NCBI GenBank assembly: GCA_964035575.1
Contig: OZ037835.1
Span: forward strand, 62,001 to 126,000
Length of the DNA stretch: 64,000 nt
Direction: 5' to 3'
DNA from: Rhynchopus sp. YZ270_cl-10
Taxonomy: Eukaryota
Positions 25,901 to 31,723 of the stretch are shown here, one piece after another. Below the pieces are notes generated by a model. That model was not told the origin of the DNA, made no database searches, and saw only the letters and a list, made by a program, of their open reading frames with translations. The position numbers were made by a program, and so were the translations under genes. How positions within the stretch are numbered: the first letter of the stretch is position 1; each line of letters opens with the position of its first letter.

Positions 25901-27515
25901 GCCTGCTGTTGGAACTGCTGTTGGACCTGCCGTTAGAGCTGCTGCCGCAGAAGTCCTTGGAACTGCTGATGAAACTGCTGTTGTGCCTGTTGCTGGAACT
26001 GCTTTTGGAAACGCTGTTGGAACTGCTGCTGGAACTGCTGTTGGAGACGCTGCTGGACCCGCCGTTGGAGCTGCTGCCGCAGAAGCCATTGGAACTGCTG
26101 TTGAAACTGCTGTTGTGCCTGCTGTTGGACCTGCTGTTGGAGCTGCTGCTGCAGAAGTCTTTGGAACTGCAGTTGAAACTGCTGTTGTGCCTGCTGTTGG
26201 AACTGCTGCTGGAACTGCTTTTGGAAACGCTCTTGCTGCTGCAGAAGCCGTTGGAACTGCTGTTTAAACTGCTGTTGTGCCTGCTGTTGGACCTGCTGTT
26301 GGAACCGCTGCTGCTGAAGCCTTTGGAACTGCTGGTGAAAGAGCTGTAGAGCCTGCTGTTGGAACTGCTGCAGTAAAGGCCTTTGGAACTGCTGCTGCTG
26401 CACACCAGGGGTGATACTGGGACCCCACCCAGGACTCCGAAGATTTCGTTTTTGCTGCTATCACAGTTGCAGCCACTGATGTGGTTGGGCATACATTGCC
26501 TCTTTTTGGGGATATCATGGGGGGAAGGGGGGTGTGGGTTGTTATGACAACAGTTCTTTACTTTGTTGCCTCCACACACGTTTTTGTTGCTGCTATCAAA
26601 GCTGCAGCTGCTTGGGTTGTTGGGCTCAAGAGGCCTCTTTTTGGGGTAAAAAAGGGGGGGAATGGGGCTCCTGCCACTGATGAGGAAGCTGTTGTAGCAT
26701 AGGAAGCTGCCGCTCCTGCTGTTGGTGCTCCTGCTACTGCTGTTGATGCAGCTTATGTTGTTGCTGCTGTTGCTGCTGTTGCTGCTGTTGCTGCTGTTGC
26801 TGCTGTTGCTGCTGTTGCTGCTGTTGCTGCTGTTGCTGCTGTTGCTGCTGTTGCTGCTGTTGCTGCTGTTGCTGCTGTTGCTGCTGTTGCTGCTGTTGCT
26901 GCAGTTGCTGCTGTTGCTGCTCTTGTTGCTACCGTTGTTGCTTCTGCTGCAGTTGCAGCTGGTGTAGCATATGCTGCTGTTGCAGCTGGTGTAGCATATG
27001 CTGCTGTTGCTGCTGTTGCTGCTGTTGCTGCTGTTGCTGCTGTTGCTGCTGTTGCTGCTGTTGCTGCTGTTGCTGCTGTTGCTGCTGTTGCTGCTGTTGC
27101 TGCTCTTGTTGCTACCGTTGTTGCTTCTGCTGCAGTTGCAGCTGGTGTAGCATATGCTGCTGTTGCTGCTGTTGCTGCTGTTGCTGCTGTTGCTGCTGTT
27201 GCTGCTGTTGCTGCTGTTGCTGCTGTTGCTGCTGTTGCTGCTGTTGCTGCTGTTGCTGCTGTTGCTGCTGTTGCTGCTGTTGCTGCTGTTGCTGCTGTTG
27301 CTGCTGTTGCTGCTGTTGCTGCTGTTGCTGCTGTTGCTGCTGTTGCTGCTGTTGCTGCTGTTGCTGCTGTTGCTGCTGTTGCTGCTGTTGCTGCTGTTGC
27401 TGCTGTTGCTGCTGTTGCTGCTGTTGCTGCTGCTGTTGGTGTAGCACCTGCTGCTGCTGCTGATGCAGACATGCAGCACCACCCACAACGCCCCCAAAAG
27501 GGCCTTCCTCCTCAT
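16992..27515 (-). CDS. Family-1 polyprotein, ~3507 aa: signal-like N-terminus, SNS repeats, hydrophobic segments, OTU-like, C2H2/C4 Zn fingers, RT, CCHC + RLE, OTU, Cys-rich domain, coiled coil
   Basis: ATG of MRRKALLG is shared with family 2. Motifs: RPIAVG, DYRNAFN, QQGDPLGP, WYLDDG, GGLG, CSAC..DHTFGC..RHN, KRPGDV..LDIT..PIVFEAFGG, VAGDCAFEAL..WAD..GHYEP. Confidence 0.93.
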   Translation of the reverse strand: MRRKALLGALWVVLHVCISSSSRCYTNSSSNSSNSSNSSNSSNSSNSSNSSNSSNSSNSSNSSNSSNSSNSSNSSNSSNSSNSSNSSNSSNSSNSSNSSNSSNSSNSSNSSNSSNSSNSSICYTSCNCSRSNNGSNKSSNSSNSSNSSNSSNSSNSSNSSNSSNSSNSSNSSICYTSCNSSICYTSCNCSRSNNGSNKSSNSSNCSNSSNSSNSSNSSNSSNSSNSSNSSNSSNSSNSSNSSNSSNSSNSSNNISCINSSSRSTNSRSGSFLCYNSFLISGRSPIPPLFYPKKRPLEPNNPSSCSFDSSNKNVCGGNKVKNCCHNNPHPPSPHDIPKKRQCMPNHISGCNCDSSKNEIFGVLGGVPVSPLVCSSSSSKGLYCSSSNSRLYSSFTSSSKGFSSSGSNSRSNSRHNSSLNSSSNGFCSSKSVSKSSSSSSSNSRHNSSFNCSSKDFCSSSSNSRSNSRHNSSFNSSSNGFCGSSSNGGSSSVSNSSSSSSSNSVSKSSSSNRHNSSFISSSKDFCGSSSNGRSNSSSNSRHNSSLNSSSNGFCSSSSNSVSKSSSSNRHNSSFISSSKDFCGSSSNGRSNSSSNSRLNSSFNSSSKDFCSSGSNSVSKSSSSSRHNSSLNSSSNGFCGSSSNSVSKSSSSNRHNSRHNSSFISSSKDFCGSSSNGRSNSSSNSRLNSSFNSSSKDFCSSGSNSVSKSSSSSRHNSSLNSSSNGFCGSSSNSVSKSSSSNRHNSRHNSSFISSSKDFCGSSSNGRSNSSSNSRLNSSFNSSSKDFCSSGSNSVSKSSSSSRHNSSLNSSSNGFCGSSSNSVSKSSSSNRHNSRHNSSFISSSKDFRGSSSNGRSNSSSNSRLNSSFNSSSKDFCSSGSNSRSNSVSKSSSSSSSNSRHNSSFNCSSIDFCSSSSNSRSNSSTNINSRRSNNNLGGGERGMLVFGVSLEGREGQSGCVMMRVWQKGCVQIEFWFDWWCNLWEVFTSLRQPDPCWVVEAPEWGVFVSFAVLDLWKDRRAPTLSHLILWLVGRRTRRTRRGHRSLNWTKSQAGRLRRRKAPCNRPPSPAAHPVFRRIRVADALRGALQCVAIWVLVFVGSELGRSAPHVLGCALFRDAEVLGVGVLRGLCRVRRGWRWLEGASERVRRWTGGIRVAASLVRASVMGVGQLSVCAAEWVWVAWSAGGCLAGFVALVGVARPLGWVLLLEVRRVAARRWTRRIGMAFGMLVVSLLVLLSLLWRAVTPWDLRPAPADPEHPISLSPFALTGGCANVNAPAYTEQAVSVDATLAKFGAKRIPNVSTNDCGYVALHLWDHDTQPDVRAMRKQLYDTAVEVSNRLVQVLGSQEAMTEFANGVTGEAHLNHLGLQLTATASRINIVVVQASEENPLVRITPGSKRVAKSYAESFQAKLPTVVIALCDSHFEAVELVPVVGKTKEGMAEKMRKEARQAVLDTAHLDGIIPTNTTTTAPLATKLGHINADRVFCPFDGCRAGILSSSDAVGGLSRKGLLQHMRRHQADGAYIPDELLGHLGMSRCANDQCDMLLPQSKEVCNTCTVHFGEEGFTAPSPSSRGMLTDQDDLPSFEVMGTTRIQLKGGCPDKHLQLYSELFLRVLMDILEYQDEVAWKRLALFFTVLHRTRTERGGKDQERRLTSTWGKDLEAWKAGQYVALWEQTVEERKPRPSGWSDEDTDEGRRKRTIAKARAGLPSQAMSCATSDGLAPQTPATLEKLQTKHPAAADSKALEQADWPQPQEVPPVTVVEVMKALRSMPKSSAAGPSNVTGAHLRTLCLQRRAKGTLAALAAVLTSLARGNAPVEVAEFFAGANLVALRKPAKGPGLEEDVRPIAVGDTLRRLVGKILSARVRVPARTLLLRGNQVGVATARGAAVATDVISQYAVRNRGKGKVILKIDYRNAFNCVDRLSMLRAVDANLPELAPWVRWCYLEPSSLFYGGDTIRSQRGAQQGDPLGPLLFSLTIHQMALELKGHPGLDGTLWYLDDGSLRGSPKAVFEAYQVLCTRSSELGLEVNANKCELISTGGVSKEDLEAVGFTLNEGGQDAMGEGGFRLLDVDGFDFLGIPIGSAAFCEEYMAQKVDDSRRNLEALVDLGDSQAAFYVLRYCEGYCRMVFYMRGIPQCAEYLTAFDDLIDRCLAALLHDPDGALPELARAQAALPVALGGLGIRRTVDHRTAASLASQSGNLQLSQALDPAFTWDEERWNSAAEEYNSRVPVAFHVDRAQPKKILEQQSLSSAVIDAQADKLMQQLCMRDRARMKSLLLPLSGTYLTATPSARNQMSSADFAVVTRFRLGVAIHAEGTTCSACQGGQKRVVMDSFGDHTFGCPYSKHRVARHNALRDSVYRAAQGAGLDPALEETVRVELESKKRPGDVYLPVGVAENGPRCLDITHVCPTLPSYRTGASKFVGWSAKNQGQVKREKHERDLNKINTKFSPIVFEAFGGAGDEANLLIAQLGGLTTGQTSHLTGSAELRIRESIAVAYQKKVASSFLERGAMCVGIATLKREPCVEVDVAPSAEDMDRFGRRSAGAVEPLCDDANPDDDMSRPAPDRSEEQQGKRKRDVKPDHVEPPRKRTGRFDSATVIPEGPGLDVVREWEFLRECPAAQRPRATEQAAKLGASKVTWSFVAGDCAFEALLFATGRTDLSVEGLRQAAVKKVQGRADLSSAAVPNFGVWQRLMTSGDRGDERTWADAIAVAGAGEALEVSVVILNEFARPSLMVPRKRPKAVVLLLHSGDQDAADGSGSIPGHYEPLTMDPALQQHILSFEATGGKGECQSERPMAFVGAREAEASNTFLQCEQCSKLFDASDAHFCCHTCGGLACLHCAQGSKHCPLSQIGRAEYFSALSFLHSNVPAQAASAEGSGDPPPKRAPSPAVPAPEGEDVEEVDTPMAGEEGQQAEQKQQKHEKQRKQQKQQQQKADQEKKEALQRASDAWQQALEVRREHRRSWGPDLAALRGTFGDRQQELSRFLEEQNVRLDQAKAADRHRVEELTARHKRELAEDAKKMHAQYLEDCDRHPEAGESLRAEYDRQRCERHYAIAAKHESEQKATTLLLTAVNLSRQLEAERMVAYGRCFGVVCEGRLFLPCHAVRRAVGDDPEGLEPDCVGDWMALFGPQGASPCPGEFLYCWATQQPWSGNGEGDGDCPESVVARQAVRKIAGEAGYCDTWGKTSAVIVVREGRVSWGTPSRDQLEEEVGRQAEAADTEVRVKVEEMDDAEQEQEEDLDTAREGADRSHSLSVEGIPDQKKQARVRELLRAQSEAWMWTEEERTERGGLFPCLTMGSPVPSSVTKWISLFHYRQGEKQDGRPLLSLPLSTATFTQWYEVMKVVGLHEWSVKEKCKAKSTLHALTDNRSSRGQAFAAESTRRENEARAAREGIGRQPQASSSSSSSSTSAGRGTTTSIAQPAVSTSSSSSSAGRGNATSSAQPAPSPAPKGPQRHAAQGRSNTSNVFTDAVAQATQHVLSPQEVQRGRNGRGGGQKGRQSGGRKGKKGNKKN
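24730..27460 (-). repeat. Coding tandem repeats: (AGCAGCAAC)n 9-mer tracts and a 264 bp higher-order repeat (~3 copies)
   Basis: Perfect GCTGCTGTT runs at 26760-27430. 264 bp period seen at 25106, 25370 and 25634. Confidence 0.93.
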
Positions 27516-27580
27516 TTTAAAAAAGACTTTAAAAAAGCAAAAACCAAAAAACGAAAACAAAGAAGGACAAGACACACTAC

Positions 27581-27728
27581 GCCTTGCGCTTCGCCGGCCT
27601 GCACCCTCTACCGTTGCCCAGGGACCGCCCCGTGGAGGCGTACAAGGCTCACAATAAAACAAAGGAAAGGGGGAGGGAGGGTAAAAAGAAAGGACAAGTG
27701 TGTTGTAATGTGTAAAAAAATGGTCCCC
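27581..27728 (-). ncRNA. HDV-like self-cleaving ribozyme at the 5' end of family 1
   Basis: P1 GGGGACC/GGUCCCU (G1-U wobble); P2 GCCUUGU/GCAAGGC; P3 GCC/GGC; L3 UCCACGG; P1.1 CC/GG; GCAA; P4 CGGU/GCCG; J4/2 GCGAA. Confidence 0.88.
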
Positions 27729-28266
27729 TGTGTAAAAAAATGGTCCCCTGTGTAAAAAAATGGTCCCCTGTGTAAAAAAATGGTCCCCTGTGTAAAAAAA
27801 TGGTCCCCTGTGTAAAAAAATGGTCCCCTGTGTAAAAAAATGGTCCCCTGTGTAAAAAAATGGTCCCCTGTAAAAAAATGGTCCCCTGTAAAAAAATGGT
27901 CCCCTGTAAAAAAATGGTCCCCTGTAAAAAAATGGTCCCCTGTAAAAAAATGGTCCCCTGTAAAAAAATGGTCCCCTGTAAAAAAATGGTCCCCTGTAAA
28001 AAAATGGTCCCCTGTAAAAAAATGGTCCCCTTGTAAAAAAATGGTCCCCTTGTAAAAAAATGGTCCCCTTGTAAAAAAATGGTCCCCTTGTAAAAAAATG
28101 GTCCCCTTGTAAAAAAATGGTCCCCTTGTAAAAAAATGGTCCCCTTGTAAAAAAATGGTCCCCTTGTAAAAAAATGGTCCCCTTGTAAAAAAATGGTCCC
28201 CTTGTAAAAAAATGGTCCCCTTGTAAAAAAATGGTCCCCTTGTAAAAAAATGGTCCCCTTTGTAAA
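27711..28266 (-). repeat. Tandem array, 29 copies of GGGGACCATTTTTTTACA, in blocks of 20 nt (x7), 18 nt (x9) and 19 nt (x12) plus a terminal copy
   Basis: Counted directly: 27721-27860, 27861-28022, 28023-28250 and 28251-28266. Confidence 0.96.
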
Positions 28267-31200
28267 ACAGATGGTCAAAAGAGTGATCTGACCATATTCC
28301 CCAGGTATAACTGGTACTCAAAAAGTTCATTAACGAAGGAATCTTGCACTTTTGACCATCACATATTACATGTGTTTTTTCAGGTTTTTCAATGCACTTT
28401 CCTGTACTGGGAAGCATGCCACAAGTGTCATGTTTTACAAGGTAAAAATGACCAAAAAAGCTGATTTGGTGACGGGCTAAAAAACCTGTCGTTCTTGTGT
28501 GACACTTCCATGGAAACGTGATGAGGACCACACTTTTTTTACAGGTGGTTTTTTTTGTATGGACCTCACACACTGGGCAGGCGGTCAGCTATTCGCTTCC
28601 CGCGGGGCGTTCGCGTGCGCGCTTCGCGCGCCCGCTCACGGTAACGTGTACAAAAAAACCTCACTCATGCCTTCATGAACTGCTTTAAAGGTGGCCTGTA
28701 AAAAGTGGTGTTTTTGTGGTAAACTCCAGCTGGTCTGAAGAGTGATCTGACCATATTCCCCAGGTATAACTGGTACTCAAAAAGTTCATTAACGAAGGAA
28801 TCTTGCACTTTTGACCATCACATATTACATGTGTTTTTTCAGGTTTTTCAATACACTTTTGTGTACTGGGAAGCATGCCACAAGTGTCATGTTTTACAAG
28901 GTAAAAATGACCAAAAAAGCTGATTTTTGGCCGAATGCCACATGTCATTTGGCAGTCCATTTTTTGAACAGGACTGTCTTAAATTTTTTTTTTGGGCCTC
29001 AATGCCCCCAAACAACACGTTAAGCCCAAAATATTCACTTTTGGATGAGCAACTATTTATTTAAAAAAATCGATTTTTTGGTCAAATCCCCTCTGGATGG
29101 TGAGGGGGTGTGTGTGTGTGTGTGTGTGGGTGTGTGTGGGTGTGCTGTGTGTGGGTGTGTAGTGTGTGTGGTGTGGGTGGCGCACATCTCTATAGTAAAG
29201 ACTAAAAAACTAAGGTTTTTTAGGATTTTTGGCCGAATGCCACATGTCATTTGGCAGTCCAATTTCTGAACACGACTGAAAAAAAATTTTTTTTTGGGCC
29301 TCAATACCCCCAAACAACACGTTAAGCCCAAAAAATTCACTTTTGGATGAGCAACTATTTATTTAAAAAAATCGATTTTTTGGTCAAATCCCCCTGGTGG
29401 TGAGGGGGTGTGTGTGTGTGTGTGTGTGGGTGTGTGTGGGTGTGCTGTGTGTGGGTGTGTAGTGTGTGTGGTGTGGGTGGCGCACATCTCTATAGTAAAG
29501 ACTAAAAAACTAAGGTTTTTTAGGATTTGGTGACGGGCTAAAAAACCTGTCGTTCTTGTGTGACACTTCCATGGAAACGTGATGAGGACCTCACTTTTTT
29601 TTACAGGTGGTTTTTTTTGTAAGCACCTCACACACTGGGCAGGCGGTCAGCTATTCGCTTCCCGCGGGGCGTTCGCGTGCGCGCTTCGCGCGCCCGCTCA
29701 CGGTAACGTGTACAAAAAAACCTCACTTGTGCCTGTAAAGTGGCCTGTTAAAAAGTGGTGTTTTTGTCGTAAACTCCAGATGGTCAAAAGAGTGATCTGA
29801 CCATATTCCCCAGGTATAACTGGTACTCAAAAAGTTCATTAACGAAGGAATCTTGCACTTTTGACCATCACATATTAGATGTGTTTTTTCAGGTTTTTCA
29901 ATGCACTTTCCTGTGCTGGGAAGCATGCCACAAGTGTCATGTTTTACAAGGTAAAAATGACCAAAAAAGCTGATTTGGTGACGGGCTAAAAAACCTGTCG
30001 TTCTTGTGTGACACTTCCATGGAAACGTGATGAGGACCTCACTTTTTTTTACAGGTGGTTTTTTTTGTAAGCACCTCACACACTGGGCAGGCGGTCAGCT
30101 ATTCGCTTCCCGCGGGGCGTTCGCGTGCGCGCTTCGCGCGCCCGCTCACGGTAACGTGTACAAAAAAACCTCACTTGTGCCTGTAAAGTGGCCTGTTAAA
30201 AAGTGGTGTTTTTGTCGTAAACGCCAGATGGTCAAAAAAGTGATCTGACCATATTCCCCAGGTATAACTTGTACTCAAAAAGTTCATTAACGAAGGAATC
30301 TTGCACTTTTGACCATCACATATTACATGTGTTTTTTCAGGTTTTTCAATGCACTTTCCTGTACTGGGAAGCATGCCACAAGTGTCATGTTTTACAAGGT
30401 AAAAATGACCAAAAAAGCTGATTTTTGGCCGAATGCCACATGTCATTTGGCAGTCCAATTTCTGAACACGACTGAAAAAAAATTTTTTTTTGGGCCTCAA
30501 TACCCCCAAACAACACGTTAAGCCCAAAAAATTCACTTTTGGATGAGCAACTATTTATTTAAAAAAATCGATTTTTTGGTCAAATCCCCCTGGTGGTGAG
30601 GGGGTGTGTGTGTGTGTGTGTGTGGGTGTGCTGTGTGTGGGTGTGTAGTGTGTGTGGTGTGGGTGGCGCACATCTCTATAGTAAAGACTAAAAAACTAAG
30701 GTTTTTTAGGATTTTTGGCCGAATGCCACATGTCATTTGGCAGTCCATTTTCTGAACACGACTGAAAATAAATTTTTTTTTGGGCCTCAATACCCCCAAA
30801 CAACACGTTAAGCCCAAAAAATTCACTTTCTGATGAGCAACTATTTATTTAAAAAAATCGATTTTTTGGTCAAATCCCCTCTGGTGGTGAGGGGGTGTGT
30901 GTGTGTGTGTGTGTGGGTGTGTGTGGGTGTGCTGTGTGTGGGTGTGTAGTGTGTGTGGTGTGGGTGGCGCACATCTCTATAGTAAAGACTAAAAAACTAA
31001 GGTTTTTTAGGATTTGGTGACGGGCTAAAAAACCTGTCGTTCTTGTGTGACACTTCCATGGAAACGTGATGAGGACCTCACTTTTTTTTACAGGTGGTTT
31101 TTTTTGTAAGCACCTCACACACTGGGCAGGCGGTCAGCTATTCGCTTCCCGCGGGGCGTTCGCGTGCGCGCTTCGCGCGCCCGCTCACGGTAACGTGTAC

Positions 31201-31660
31201 AAAAAAACCTCACTTGTGCCTGTAAAGTGGCCTGTTAAAAAGTGGTGTTTTTGTCGTAAACTCCAGATGGTCAAAAGAGTGATCTGACCATATTCCCCAG
31301 GTTTAACTGGTACTCAAAAAGTTCATTAACGAAGGAATCTTGCACTTTTGACCATCACATATTAGATGTGTTTTTTCAGGTTTTTCAATGCACTTTCCTG
31401 TGCTGGGAAGCATGCCACAAGTGTCATGTTTTACAAGGTAAAAATGACCAAAAAAGCTGATTTTTGGCCGAATGCCACATGTCATTTGGCAGTCCAATTT
31501 CTGAACACGACTGAAAAAAAATTTTTTTTTGGGCCTCAATACCCCCAAACAACACGTTAAGCCCAAAAAATTCACTTTTGGATGAGCAACTATTTATTTA
31601 AAAAAATCGATTTTTTGGTCAAATCCCCTCTGGTGGTGAGGGGGTGTGTGTGTGTGTGTG
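28267..31660. repeat. Modular satellite, order C-B-C-D-A-D-A-B-C-B-C-D-A-D-A-B-C-D-A
   Basis: Near-identical modules: A (TG-rich), B (GC hairpin), C and D. B or D follows a shared GATTT junction. Confidence 0.9.
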
Positions 31661-31723
31661 TTTGATAACTAGTAGGGGTAATTCTTGCTCAGAATATGGC
31701 CCCAAAAAGGGGGGGGGGGGTGC

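Larger units (their letters stand above)
15970..28266 (-). mobile_element. CRE-like non-LTR retrotransposon family 1, intact full-length copy (12.3 kb)
   Basis: Poly(A) tail (T-run 15970-16004), uninterrupted ORF, 5' ribozyme and array, 14 bp TSD ACAGATGGTCAAAA (15956-15969, 28267-28280). Confidence 0.96.

Noticed and set aside
24574..27486. Poly-Leu, poly-Gln and poly-Ala/Thr ORFs in alternative frames
   Set aside because: These are by-products of stop-free CAG/CAA repeats. Only the Ser/Asn frame connects to RT in both families.
27516..27662. 49 aa N-terminal extension of the 3556 aa ORF
   Set aside because: It starts at a non-ATG codon and runs through the ribozyme. The ATG shared with family 2 is at 27515.
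27711..28266. CRISPR array
   Set aside because: Units are head-to-tail with no unique spacers, there are no cas genes, and the context is a eukaryotic retroelement.
28926..28945. Module D start (TTGGCCGAATGC) as a 5S rRNA gene, or the satellite as an SL RNA array
   Set aside because: Only ~12 nt of resemblance, with no 5S fold and no recognisable spliced-leader exon.
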